This document shows positions 1 to 13,463 of a DNA stretch of 64,000 nucleotides, piece after piece (the stretch's first letter is position 1; each line of letters opens with the position of its first letter). The notes beneath the pieces are model-generated. The model was given only the letters and a program-made list of their open reading frames with translations, ran no database searches and was not told the DNA's origin. The position numbers and the translations under genes were made by a program. The DNA is from Eledone cirrhosa (taxonomy: Eukaryota), in contig OZ024743.1 in the NCBI GenBank assembly GCA_964016885.1, positions 17,298,001-17,362,000 on the forward strand. The letters run 5' to 3'.

Positions 1-1100
1 AATCGAATCTTGGGCGGTGTGCAAGCAAATTCGACCTACTATATGAACGAGTTAGCAAAGCACTCGACAAGGTAGGTCCTTAGAGTAATAACATACGTTT
101 ATATAGCTTGACAAATTGAACATTGTGGTAGGCAAAATCTAACACACAATACAAAAGTAACGAAAGAACTAACAGTTTGAGAAAAAATACACCTGAACAA
201 ATCAAACGTTATACGTTTAAAGTGTTTCTATGAATCCGAAATCAAATGTCAGACTTACGTAACTGGCAAGCTCCTGGTATTCATGATCGAACAGAGGATT
301 CATTTCATCAACAGGTTTTCGTTCTACCAAAGAACAGGGCGACATACTAAATGTTGCAGCTAGAAGCAGCGAATCCGATTTTTAGTTGTCACATGTTATT
401 TCCAACAACGGAAATAGCCCGCGGTTTTTGGCGGGTCATTCAAAGTGTTAGACAGGAAATATTATAATTTCCGCTAACTTTCAGAATAAGCTCTCGACCG
501 GATGTTATTAAACAAACACAAATAATTAAATAATGGACAGAATTATCTAATTAAATTAATTAGTTAATTAATAAGTCTAGGAGAAAATAATATAATTGGA
601 GGCTTAGTAAAATCGAATCATTGGCGGTGTGCAAGCAAATTCGACCTACTATATGAATGAGTTAGCAAAGCATTCGACAATGTAGGTCCTTTGAGTAATA
701 ACATACGTTTAAATAGCTTGACAAATTGAACATTGTGGTAGATAAAATCTAACACACAATACAAAAGTAACAAAAGAACTGACAGGTTAAGAAAAAATAC
801 ACCTGGACAAATCAAACGTTATACGTTTAAAGTGTTTCTATAACATCCGAAATTAAATATCAGACTTACGTAACTGGCAAGCTCGTGGTATTCATGATCG
901 AACAGATGATTCATTTCATCAACAGGATTTCGTTCTTCCAGAGAACAGGGCGACATACTAAATGTTGAGGCTAGCAGCAGTGAATCAGATTTTTAGATGT
1001 CACGTGTTGTTTCCCAAAAGGGAAATAACCCGCGGTTTTTGGTGGGTCATTCAATGTGTTAGACAAAGGAGATATTGTAATTTCCGCTAACTTTCAGAAT
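1..1100. repeat. Tandem duplication of a ~610-bp ORF-less unit (about 1.8 copies visible)
   Basis: AATCGAATC..GGCGGTGTGCAAGCAAATTCGACC occurs at 1 and 611; the two copies are colinear to ~490 and ~1100 with scattered substitutions. Confidence 0.9.
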
Positions 1101-1229
1101 ATATATATAGAAAAAGAGATGAAATCGAAAATGCAACTGGAGTCTTATTTTGTTAAAAAATATGACTCCAGTTGCATTTTCGATTTCATCTCTTTTTCTT
1201 TATACTTTCACTCGTGTAGGACACCTCAC

Positions 1230-1321
<92 letters not shown>

Positions 1322-1336
1322 ATATATATATATATT

Positions 1337-1367
<31 letters not shown>

Positions 1368-1373
1368 ATATTA

Positions 1374-1527
1374 CTACCATAATGGCCCGGCGTTGCTCGG
1401 GATTTGCTCTAGGATTCTTATATATTTGATATATATTTATCCTTATCGAGCCTCGTGAAACAAATACGTTTGTTTATATGTTGTTATTGTGTATGCAAAA
1501 ATATCTGTACATGAATATATAATTATA

Positions 1528-1558
<31 letters not shown>

Positions 1559-2316
1559 TAAAATAACATAATAAAATTTAAGCAAAGAATCACTGGTTTC
1601 ACACTTAACGGGATCTTCTGAAACTAAAAAAATCAATCTGTGAACGCAGAAAATGAATCGCTGCTCTCTCCCTTAACGGAATCTTCTACCTAAAAGCAGT
1701 ATGAAGTACACTAAGACTAACTGATGTAATCGTTGGCCTAGTTTGTTTATATTTTGTTTTTGTGTATGCAAAAATATCTGTACACGAATATCTATATTAA
1801 AATAATATATTAATGTTTAAGCAAAGAATCGCTGCTTTCAACCTTAACGGGATCTTCTGAAACTAAAAGAATCAATCTGTGAACAATGATGTAAATATAT
1901 CGAAAAACGTTGCAACCGAAGGAAAACAGGCAGACGATACGTTGGTTCGTGAATACGCTCTTTGGCATAAGAATATATATATATACACACACACAATATA
2001 TCTATATATATACACACACACTGATCGCGTCATAATGTCGTAATGCAGACAGCCAGGCATACATACAGCTAGTATGAAGGCGCGACGTCATATCTATGTA
2101 TCTATCTAAAAAGAGAAAAACTAATAGAAAGAGAAAGAGATCGCTAAATCGCCTAATACGGTCCCTAGGTCAGAATAATTTGGAATTTGTGTTTGTCCAA
2201 AACACCTCCGGGGCCATACGGGTTACATGTGTAAAGTTTGAAAAAGAAATGTTGGGTATTTCTCGAGTTTTAGGGAAAAACACACATACATACATCCTCT
2301 GTTTTATATATATAGA
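1374..2316 (-). mobile_element. Non-autonomous Helitron-like element carrying captured hammerhead-family sequence
   Basis: Minus strand starts TCTATATATATAAAACAGAG-GATGTATGT (5' TC) and ends with hairpin CCCG-AGCAACGC-CGGG followed by CCATTATGGTAG|T (CTRR-like end). Confidence 0.65.
1815..1863 (-). ncRNA. Type I hammerhead ribozyme, CAGAAGA (U4A) family
   Basis: RC reads GTTT CAGAAGA TCCC-GTTAA-GGTT GAAA GCAG-CGATTCT-TTGC TT AAAC; a more degenerate copy lies at 1576-1624. Confidence 0.6.
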
Positions 2317-3426
2317 CTAGCAGAAAACCACCCGTGGGCGGTTTCTGCTAGTCTATATATCTAAAACAGAGAATGTCTGTCTGTCTGTCAGCTCACTAAA
2401 ACTTGAGAACCATCCAACCGATTGTTTTCAAACTTTAGACATGTAATACTTATCGTCCTGTGAGTGTTTTGAGCAAAGATTATTTCAAATTTTCAATGCC
2501 CTAGGGACCGCATTAGGCGATTTAGCGTTCTCTCTCTATAATTATTAGTCTTTCTTTTTAGATAGATACATAGATATAACGTTGCGCCCTTATAATATCT
2601 ATCTGTATGTCTGGATGTCTGCATTACGTCATTATGACGCGCTCAGCGCGATTCCCTCGGCCTCAGTGACCAAAGTTAGTGGAGAGGGGAAGGTAATGTT
2701 TCTGTAGCACATGTTTTAGCGTCTATTCACTCTCTCTCTCTCCCTCTCTCCCTCCTGCTATCCCCCTCTCGTAGTCTGTCTCTTTCTTTCACTCTCACTC
2801 TCTCTCTACGCACGTGTTTCCATTGTCGGACAGACAGACAGAGAAATTGCTGGTTATATATATAAGTAGACTAGCAGAAAACCACCCGTGGGCGGTTTCT
2901 GCTAGTCCATATATCTAAAACAGAGAATGTCTGTCAGTCTGTCTGTCAGCTCACTAAAACTTGAGAACCATCCAACCGATTGTTTTCAAACTTTAGACAT
3001 GTAATACTTATTGTCCTGTGAGTGTTTTGAGCAAAGATTATTTCAAATTTTCAATGCCCTAGGGACCGCATTAGGCGATTTAGCGTTCTCTCTATATAAG
3101 TCTTAGTCTTTCTTTTTAGATAGATACATAGATATAACGTTGCGCCCTTATAATATCTGTCTGTATGTCTAGCTGTCTGCATTACGTCATTATGACGGGC
3201 TCAGCGCGATTCCCTCGGCCTCAGTGACCAAAGTCAGTGGAGAGGGGAAAGTAATGTTTCTGTAGCACGTGTTTTAGCGTCTATTCACTCTCTCTCTCCC
3301 TCTCTCCCTCCCGCTATCCCCCTCTCGTAGTATGTCTCTTTCTTTCACTCTCACTCTCTCTTTACGCACGTGTTTCCGCTGTCGGACAGACAGACAGAGA
3401 AATTGCTGGTTATATATATAAGTAGA
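2317..3426. mobile_element. Two tandem 554-bp non-autonomous Helitron-like units with Helitron termini on both strands
   Basis: Palindrome CTAGCAGAAAACCACCCGTGGGCGGTTTCTGCTAG at 2317-2351 and 2871-2905; TC starts followed by (TCTG)n at 2352 and 2906 (+) and at 2870 and 3426 (-). Confidence 0.7.
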
Positions 3427-3438
3427 TATATGTATACA

Positions 3439-3559
<121 letters not shown>

Positions 3560-3736
3560 ATGCATATTGCTAAACTTCCAAATATTATTAAATGTGTATT
3601 CAAAAGGATAATATATACTATTATAGTAATAATAATATATTTGAAGACTAAATTCCCAAAATAGCTCGATAAGGATAAATATATATCAAATATATAAGAA
3701 CCCTAGGGCAAATATTTATTCAAATAGGGCATTAAA

Positions 3737-3785
3737 GTTTAAGCCAATAATCGCTGCTTTCACCCTTAACGGGATCTTCTGAAAC
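3737..3785 (-). ncRNA. Type I hammerhead ribozyme, CAGAAGA (U4A) family
   Basis: RC reads GTTT CAGAAGA TCCC-GTTAA-GGGT GAAA GC..GC TT AAAC. Confidence 0.6.
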
Positions 3786-5620
3786 TAAAAAAAGTCAATC
3801 TGTGAACGCAGAAGTAAATATTTCGAAAAACGTTGCAACCGAAGGAAAACAGGAAGACGATAGTTTGGTTCGTGAAGACGTTCTCTGGCAATGAACGGAA
3901 AAAAGCGAAGATAATAGGTCATTATATGGTGCGATGAGAACAAAGACAAGCAGAGACAAAACCACGTTTTTAGTATAAATGAAGTCGTAGGCTAATGTTC
4001 TATTTAGGAAACAGAATGATTCTTGGCTTCAGAGTTAAGAATAATGTAAATAAAATAGTAGAACGAAAATGACACAGATTATTAAAATCAATCATAATTA
4101 AATATATACATACACGCATCCCATATACGTACATACACATGCATACGCGAAAACAACCGCCATGCATGCATATACAAGCATGTACATATAAACACGTGCA
4201 CACATACATAAACCCGCGTGACACCTGTACCCGCACACAAACAAACGTATACACCAAATACACATAAAAAATATATGTGTGTGTGTGTATATATATATAC
4301 ATATAATTATATAAACGTATATAAATATACACACATAAATTCGTATATAATGCACGCACACATATATATTCACTAAACGTACGTCAACCAAAACACAAAG
4401 TACACATATATACACACATTACATACGTGCAAACACGCAAAGAAACAGAAACAAAAAATACACATATACACATGTACCAGTATATATAATATAATATATA
4501 CACCTATAACAAATACAAGCAAATATGCAAACATACGGGTAAGATATACTTACAAGCAAACATACGGGCGAGATATACTTACCTATACAAAGCCTATATA
4601 GATTTAACAGCTTGTGACTTTAAAACCCGGCTCTACCAACACCGACTTACGTTACGAAACCCGGCTCGGCGACATGCCACTACACTCTTTGGCCACATAT
4701 GGGACCTCCAAGATAATAACATAACATAAAATCTTACTTGAAGCTTACTGTCCAGGGCCAACTCCTACACGGGAGGACGCCATCCGTGTAAAGTATGCTG
4801 GGAGAAAACATTACAAAGGCTGTTTACGAATGACCAACCCCTAAACAAAAAAGACAAATTGTAACTGCATGCAAGCACCGATTGCGTAGGACTTATCTCG
4901 CCCTCAAACCCCCTCAATAACCCGGGTGGGTAGACAGTGGCTGCAACATCGTCCTTTCCCCCACTTTCTGAACAATATGGGGGAAACCCCAGCCAACATA
5001 GGTAGATGTACTTCTCTTCTTTTCCATTTTGTTTTATTCTTCGCTTTATCTCTTCCTATCACTCTATTCCACTCCCTATCCTCTTCCTTTTCTTTTTTCC
5101 CCTTTCGCCATCCCCGAAGCAGCCCGACGGGCTTTTGTAGCCTCAGTACCCCCACCCCGGTAAATTATATATAGAATTGGCCGAAAACGCAATACCAACA
5201 ACATGCAGCTGTTTTAGACCCTATAGATTTTTTATTACTTTTTACTATCCAATTCTATAATTTTTTTTTTTTTTCTTTATGTAGTATCTTCTAATCTCAA
5301 TTTATTAACCTATTCTATAGTATTGGCCGAAATATAACAGCTGTTTTAGATTCTAGAGAATTTCTTTTATTACTTCTTACTATCCAATTTTATAATTTTA
5401 TATTTTTTAAACATTTATTTATTATCTTCTAATCTCAATTTATTAAGCAATTCTACAACGTCCCGTCTCTATTTTCTCCAGAATCCTTTTTCGCCTGCTT
5501 CCTATCTAGCCTATTTTCATACACACTCCTTTGAATTTGCTGCCATGAACGACTTAATTGTGTTTAAAAGAAATGTTGACCAATCCTTTTGACAACTACA
5601 ATATTCGCATATAAGGAATT

Positions 5621-5716
5621 ACCCCTTGAAAAGTTCGACTATTTATTTACCACGCTAAACATTCTAATTTAGTCCAGGAATAGCCGTCAAAACGGCTTGA
5701 GCTCTGCCGTCGGGGT
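5621..5716 (+). ncRNA. Degenerate type I hammerhead (UUGAAAA core, G12A)
   Basis: ACCCC TTGAAAA [long stem II with CTATT/AATAG] AAAA CGGC..GCCG TC GGGGT; stem I 5 bp, stem III 5 bp, GUC site. Confidence 0.55.
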
Positions 5717-5806
5717 CAAACATTTTCCTATTACACATTCTACTACACTAAGTATTGAGTACTCTGGTGCGTATGGTTCATCAGATATTTTACCACACCT
5801 CCTTCG

Positions 5807-5861
<55 letters not shown>

Positions 5862-7697
5862 TGGTGTACATCAATACGATCGGTCGGAGCGAATCTAAAT
5901 TTAAGACACAGAGCTCTGATATTTATAGGCATCAATATATAGAAAGTAAGCTACAAATCCTCGAAGAGATTTTAAATAATTTCTTCTGTTTTCGAATTGC
6001 GGTCTTATTTATCAAATTGTTATGTCAAACGAAGAGTAGACCTGAAAATATGTTCTTAAATGCAGTGTTTAGCGCCTTCAGTGTCAATGTTTTCTTGTTA
6101 TTATACATGCCATTTTCAGATTTACAAGTAACGTTTTTCCCCTTAACATATATTTTGCATACACGAAATCACGAGCAGAAAATTATTCATTTAAGTTTAG
6201 AGTAAACATTGCTGAAAACATATAAAACGAAATATTGTTCACCTTGTAAACAAGAATAGGAACCAAATTGCATGCAACGAAAGCAAAATTAAATTTGCGG
6301 AAAATTGAAACCAAATAAAAAGTGAAGCGAACAAAAATCTATTTTTTATATGAAATATATGTGTTTCGTTTAAATGAGTTAAACAACAACGTATACGCAA
6401 AGCGGCACAATGAGTATTGGATGCTATGCACTCTTCATTGGATGGTTTTTTTTCAAATGTCATGAAATACGTTTCACACTAATATATATGTTATTAAAAT
6501 TTTCTTTCTAGGAAACCGCTTCTAAAAAAATAGAAACAACAGCCTAGCTATTTCGGCGGAGCCAATTAGGGATTCATAAATTTGGTTCAAAACCGATAAG
6601 ATTTAGTTAAAATTAAATGTTACAAATTACCCTACATCTTCATTAAAATTAATGCAATCCAACACAGTACACCAGACTTGTGGCAATATAATGCCGATAG
6701 GATTACTCCTAATAAAGTGTTGTAACTATAAGATATATAGTCGCTGCTTCCATTCTTAACCCAAATACAAATTAAAAAAAATAATTGATAACATTGCAGT
6801 CCATCAAACGCAATGAATTATGGAGTACGAGACAATGATGAAATAATAATAACCACCCTTTACTTAACTATTGTTAGGATTATATTGAATATTACGAGGA
6901 GAAGATTATTTAAATTACCTTCTAAACGATTCTAGAAAGCTACACACTAGTAAAAACAGGTCTTATTTATCAAAGGATTTTAGTAAAACTTTTACACATT
7001 GTGAACACCAAACCCAACACTGGCGAGTTAGTAAAAGGATAAAATGATACTAACATTTATTTGTATTTGGTGTACACAGGAAAATATTTGGTGGCTTTCA
7101 TCAAGAAGTAAAGTATACTTTGGTAGGTATGTTGTCACCAATTTAGCGGAGAAGTATTTATTAACAGAGGTTGAGCTGTGAATTAGGCTGGCATGCCAAG
7201 AGAAATGAAATAATTCAATTAAGATTACAAGAGAACACACGGTCGACTGGCTGAAGCGTTTAGCCAGCTCGTAGTAATGTTTTGTCGTTACATATTGTTT
7301 GTGCTTACGGAGCAAAAGAACAAGTCGTGTTTACCTTAGCACGGTCTAGCTGGAAGTAATAGCGTCCTCAAATCTTTGCGGGCTATTTCTCCCTCAGAAC
7401 GCGTAGGGATACATCCTCTTCTACTGGCGCTGATTGACTGAGCTGAGCCAAATCACGCACAGAGAAAGTATCTGAGCCCGCGGAATGTAGGTCACTACAA
7501 TACTATAAAATATCTCGGATATATATAAAATCTCGTAGAAATATCCGAGATCTGCAGTAGACAACTGTTGAGGAAAATTCCCCTCCTCCCCGTTCTTGCT
7601 TTCTTCTTATTCACACTGCATTTTAAGTTAACTTAATATGCAACTACACAGCTATTTCTATACTCCATATTTTCTTTATATATATATACAGTATATA

Positions 7698-7759
<62 letters not shown>

Positions 7760-7762
<3 letters not shown>

Positions 7763-8435
7763 CGGCGATGAATTAGTTTCGCGAGGTTTTTGATATGAAA
7801 TCGTGTGTCGAAACAAATATTGTTATAATTGGGGAGGGTCATATTTGTGTAATATTGCCAGAATTAATAACAGAACACACTCACTGTTTGGTTGGTTTTC
7901 GCTTTTCGCTTCTGTGTCTTTTATATTGGTAATCTAATTTATTCCGTCCTCAATGTTGCCATTGACTGACCAACGGTCAAAAATAATACACGTACAATAT
8001 AGACACAAACACATATATATAGTTTATCAAAGTTCTTTCGTTGCACATCTGCAACATCGTCAGTGGTGCTATTGTTTCCTCCCGTTACATTGTATTTTCT
8101 ACGCCATCTTTATTTAGTCTGTTTATATATTTATTTATTTGTTTATTTTATTTTGTCTCCTTTGCGCATGCGTTTGCGTGTGTGTATAGTGTTTTGTTTG
8201 ATGTGTGTTCGTGATTGGGTGACTGTGCATTGGTTAATATATTCTACCTTTACTGGTGTGTGTTTATATGTGTCTGTTGTTATTGTGCTTGCATATGTAT
8301 TTATTTATTTATTTATCTATTTATTTATTTATACTTCTCTTAGGTCAGTGTTGGTTGTTTGGGTGTTGTTGTTATTCCATTCATTATTTCTATATATATG
8401 TTGTTGTCATTCCATTCATTCTTTCCATATATATA
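7760..8435. repeat. Dispersed ORF-less repeat; second copy at 29560-30280
   Basis: Colinear with 29560-30150 (GGGAGGGTCATATTTG...CAGAATTAATAAC...GCGCATGCGTTTGCG); starts at a (TA)n tract. Confidence 0.85.
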
Positions 8436-9135
8436 TTAGAATTGGTGCTCTGAAATAGCTATATATATATATGAATGTATATATAGTGTATTTTGCAATA
8501 CACTGTATGCTTAATTAAAAGCATTTCGAAGACCGTATGCTATTGTTTTAGAGTAGTGACAGACTCACTTACTTTAATTTTCAGCAAACAGGGGGAGATA
8601 AAGCTGACAAGGCCTTGTTTCGCATTTATTGATGCTTATCAAAGCCAACTACTCCTCCTGTTTGCTGAAATCATGGATGTTTGGTTCTTATAGAATTCTA
8701 GTAAATAATCAGGAACTGATTATACAGAGCGGCTGCCGGTCAAGCACAAATTGAAAATTAGAATTGGTGCTCTGAAATAGCTATATATATATGAATGTAT
8801 ATATAGTGTATTTCGCAATACACTGTATGCTTAATTAAAAGCATTTCGAAGACCTTATGCTATTGTTTTAGAGTAGTGACAGACTCACTTACTTTAAGTC
8901 TGTCACTACTCTAAACCAATAGAATAAGGTCTTCGAAATGCTTTTAATTAAGCATACAGTGTATTGGAAAATACACCATATATACATTTATATATATATA
9001 TAGCTATTTCAGAGCACCAATTCTAATTTTCAATTTCTGCTTGACCGGCAGCCGCTCTGTATAATCAGTTCCTGATTATTTACTAGAATTCTATAAGAAC
9101 CAAACATCCATGATTTTAGCAAACAGGAGGAGTAG
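8435..9135. mobile_element. Retrozyme-like / pLTR-only element: 322-bp unit, ~1.4 tandem copies plus a fold-back arm
   Basis: ATTAGAATTGGTGCTCTG at 8435 and 8757; 8897-9135 is the reverse complement of ~8650-8886; contains a hammerhead. Confidence 0.75.
8602..8646 (-). ncRNA. Type I hammerhead ribozyme with U3-A8 core
   Basis: RC reads GGCT TTGATAA GCAT-CAATAA-ATGC GAAA CAAGGCCTTG TC AGCT; palindromic stem III and GUC site. Confidence 0.85.
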
Positions 9136-9763
9136 TGGGATGCAGAACAATAATATGAGAGACGTAAAATAAGAAAATTATAAAATTAACTTACTTACTA
9201 AAATTTCACTCCAACTAATAATTTTCTTATTTTACGTCTCTCATATTATTGTTCTGCATCCCCATGCATTGAACCACAAAGTTACTAAGACAAAACCTAT
9301 ATATTTGCTAGCATAGGTATGCATCTGTGTATATATATGTTACTAGATATACTAATTCTTTATAATTAACTCCAAATTATTTTGTCGAGCAAAAATTGGC
9401 CGAAACTGCTACTATAGTAACGGTCCGGCTGTTGTCTTCTTAACAAACCACTCTTCACTGATTGACCTCGATGTCACGTGACTGATTCTTTTGAATTTGC
9501 CACCGACGCAGTAGGCAGTGATTTTTTCAATGGCTTGGAATTTAGTCCACGCTTTGCTTTTTTCCATCCACTGAATTATTTTTGTATAAGTTCCCTGTGT
9601 CCACGTATTGCCTGGAAACTTAGCTGAGAATATATTTCCCTGATGACGAAAGGCTTCTCTGTACGTTTCTTCGGAAACTATGTTTATTCCCTTTCAGAAA
9701 ACTAATTAGTTGGAGTGAAATTTTAGTAAGTAAGTTAATTTTATAATTTTCTTATTTTACGTC

Positions 9764-9770
<7 letters not shown>
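9136..9770 (+). mobile_element. Retrozyme-like element (~525-bp unit, terminal redundancy, short inverted arm), related to 60240-61375
   Basis: ATTTTCTTATTTTACGTCT at 9221 and ~9745; 9137-9220 is inverted; ends in (TA)n. Confidence 0.75.
9635..9716 (+). ncRNA. Type I hammerhead with branched stem II
   Basis: TTCC CTGATGA C-GAAAGG..[GTTTC-TTCG-GAAAC]..CCTTTC-A GAAA(A) CTAATTAG TT GGAG; one extra A after GAAA. Confidence 0.75.
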
Positions 9771-9844
<74 letters not shown>

Positions 9845-12584
9845 ACCAAACAGTTTATATGATTTCCTCTTACTGCTTTCAACTTATATTTAAGTTGTGT
9901 TTTTGTTTAATATTCTGAAGGAGAAAGAAGATAACTGTTTGCACAAATCGGATTTAATAGCTTCTATATATATTTCTCTTATTTTCTTTGAATACAAATA
10001 TTACTATCAAGTGAAAACAAAAGCTAATAAATATGCGACAATTGAAATATATGTAGAAGGAAATGTAACCGTTGTTTACTGATAACATTTAGACTATCAA
10101 ATGTGGTTTATGAAAAGGCTTGGCTGGTAATCTGAATGAATATACCAAGAATATCCACGCGAGAATGCTGACTTATTTTTCAAAATACCTGCAACCCTCA
10201 ATTCAGCAAATAATGTCAAGCTTATATCCTAGCTGACGTTTGTAACAATTGGTATTTTCTATTCAATTTAAACAATGTTCTTTTTTCTTTTCCGTTTAGC
10301 TTCAATTTTTATATGGAAATCAGAAGATCATCCAAATATGAACACATTTTGCCTATATTTAATTCGGAATTTTAGTATTTTCTTTGAAAAAACAAATATA
10401 AACATAACGATAATAGTTGGTAATTAATTCGGGTAAAATACGTGTTCTCATTAATTGGATTGTTTATTATCAAGCATCCACATGGGTATATTAACGTGAC
10501 ATGAACATAATGAATTGCAATTTATTACCGATGTTGTTGATAGTTAATTCTCGTGTTACGAAATATTCCCCTGTGAATTGACATGTTGTATCTCAAATAT
10601 ATATCATAATTAACTCCCAATATGAGTGCTAATATTATGTACAGTGAAATGTAATATATTGATGTGCGTCTACGCGATTAAACGCGCACGTCTGCGTAGC
10701 TATTTAAGTTGGTTGTAGGTTTGTGACTCTACTGTGCTATTTCCTATGAAGCTTTTTCTTAGTATATTAATATTTGTTTGTGAAACGAGAAATATGTATA
10801 TATTTATACTATTTCGGAGTATTGGTAGACCTCGTTCATTTAATTATGTATATTTCTGTTTAAATTTGGAAGACCATGTATTGTTGTTTTAAATTTTTTG
10901 TATAGATTATTTTCTGAATTTCAATACATCACACTGTCATTACTGAATGGCAAATAAATTTCTTATATCAATATTTAATGGAACATTTGTATATGTATTT
11001 GTCAATTACTCTTACATTTGAACATATATCGTCAGTGTCGTTCTTTCGATGGGTAACAATTTTCGACTTCCTAGCATATGCTGTTTTCAATTCCGCTTTT
11101 AGAGTCATAGAAATATACCCGGCAAGTTATCTGACGCTTTCTCAGTTTCTAGTGCAAAGATTAGACACATTCTTAATTGATGGTTAATCCGCTCTGGTTG
11201 AATTGTCTTTAGGCATCTATACTCATGTCTCAACGATGTAATAGATAAGAGAAATAGTTATTTAAATGCGACTAACAATATTGAAATCGGGATGTCTAAA
11301 ACGTAGTGTTGTATTTCAATTAGTGAAATTCGACTAGTGCCACGTTTTATTCACGAGCATAGGTTGGCGTTCCGGGACCTAAAGATAAAAATAATACTTT
11401 CCGAACAAATATCTATTCGCCTACAATTGATTGTTTTCACCATTTGATACATAGTGTTCTATGTTAGGGTATTTGCTTATAACAACACAGTTATTATCTC
11501 TTTTTGTTTAGAATTACATTCTAAAATTGATTATTAAACATACCATCTTATTGTAAATTTTTCCCAACCATATCTTAAACACTTCATCAGGAGCATTATT
11601 TCAATCGTAATCCATTACCCTATCTAGTGTTAGAATTACCAGCGTGTCTGTATGGTTTCTGTCTTATATTTGCCATATAAATTACGCACGTGAAAAGAAT
11701 ATCGAGATAATTTTTTTATTCTGAAGTTATTGTATCTTATTTTAATGATGTTGTTGATTATATATCACATTTTCTCATATTTCATCAAATAATTTGTAAG
11801 ATATGTTTGGAATATTAAAGTTCTATTTATCAATTTCGTGGAAAAATATGCAGATGAATGGAACTCATTATATATTCCCTTGTGCGATGTATCGTATTAT
11901 ATTTATTGTGTACGATAGAAACCATGAGTAGAATTACGAGGAACCAATGGAAACAAAACATGATTTTGAGATTCATGTGTATTTAATAATTTCGGTATAG
12001 CCTGTTTCGCCAATACCATGTATTGAAAGGTAATTATTTGGAAATACGATCACATATATCAGAATTTGAATTCCTTCGAATATGGTATAACGTGATATTA
12101 TGTGCATACATACTTCCATATTGTCCCTGTATAACAAATCATTTTGAATGATATATCATCATTTTGCCGTATAATTGTAATTATTTCTTTTAATTTGTAT
12201 ATCATCTGATATTATGTATTATTCTTGAAATATTGTTTAGACATAGTTATCTCTGTTTCACCAAAGTATACTCGAGAGCTTATCAGTATGATAATGCTTT
12301 CATGTTAATAGATTTTCTATATTTAAATTACAATAACATGAGTTTTTCAACAAATTTATATAAATTGGACTAGATTTAACAATACGTAAATTAAGAATTT
12401 CATCCGTATTTATTCAAGATGTTCTTAAACCTAAAGAATAACTTCGTGATATGTGGTTTTATGTACAATTGCATACTAGCCTAGCACAGAACAGATATTA
12501 CTTAATTATATTAGGAGATTTCTTAAAAATGTGATTTGCGTTTAAAATGATATCGGGATATGCCCCCAATATTAAATTATTTGT

Positions 12585-12770
12585 ATTGGGAGTAATGGTA
12601 GAGGGTCGGACGCCATGCTTTCCAGCATAGTTACATCTCTTTACGTTCTGAGTTCAAATCCCGTCGAGCTTAACTTTGCCTTTCATATTTAAGAGGTCGA
12701 TAAAATAAAATACCAGCAATGTATTGAGTAAGTGCTGTCTTTGTGCCGACATTAGAAGCAATTATTTGAT
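12585..12770 (+). mobile_element. tRNA-derived SINE (diverged)
   Basis: B-box GAGTTCAAATCCC followed by AACTTTGCCTTTCAT..GGTCGATAAAATAAA, matching the other copies in the window. Confidence 0.8.
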
Positions 12771-13217
12771 ATATGATAAATTCATTCAATATCGTGCCAA
12801 AATCATGATCTACTATATAAAAAAATAAATAAATATAAAATACAAAATGCTGAACATAACAGATAGGAGGAGGGGAATGGAATGGAAAACATCGATGTCG
12901 TCACATATATGGTTGTATGTTGTATATTCTCATTGTCTAAATCGCAATAGGAGTATAAGATTTGTTTGTTATTCCCAGATTTCTTATCCTGATTACAAAC
13001 GAAATAGAAGGGAAATCACTCTCAAATTAACTCCTACCATAGAAACGTCTGGAAAATGATCCTCAAAGGAGCTCATTGAAATTGTTTCCAAATAAACAAT
13101 GGCATTTGAATAGTTAGCCAGATATTGGCCGGTGGAGAACTAGACTAAAAATAAATACGAATAGAAAAGAAGATAAATGATCTGACTCGTTATAAAAACA
13201 AACAGATCGAAGCCATA

Positions 13218-13292
<75 letters not shown>

Positions 13293-13463
13293 GGAATTAA
13301 TAAATCTGTACTCCAATGTTACTAGGTAGTTGCATTGGGTGGAGTCAACCGACGTCGGAGATTTCTCAACGTATAATAAAATATAATAAAATATGCTTTA
13401 AAATCCGGAGAAAATATGAAGAAGAAGTTTATGAAACGGAAATGCGGGTATAAAGAATTTACT

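Noticed and set aside
4560-5165. GC-richer block possibly containing an HDV-like ribozyme or LINE 5' UTR
   Set aside because: I could not build the nested double pseudoknot by eye; needs an Infernal search
7760-7830. GCGATGA...GAAACAAATATTGTT hammerhead-like string
   Set aside because: Positions 3 and 8 cannot pair and stems I and II are not adjacent to the core; at most a remnant
9380-9475. Possible type II hammerhead (GAAA..GTC..CTGATTGA)
   Set aside because: Needs large insertions in the core and is not conserved in the homologous copy at 60640-60770
11550-11600. Minus-strand CTGATGA...GAAA
   Set aside because: Neither stem I nor stem II can form
9850-12580. Unique AT-rich stretch that might hold host exons (also 32100-33500, 42500-44900, 46300-48000, 58650-60200)
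   Set aside because: No long ORF or recognisable domain; small exons cannot be excluded without RNA-seq
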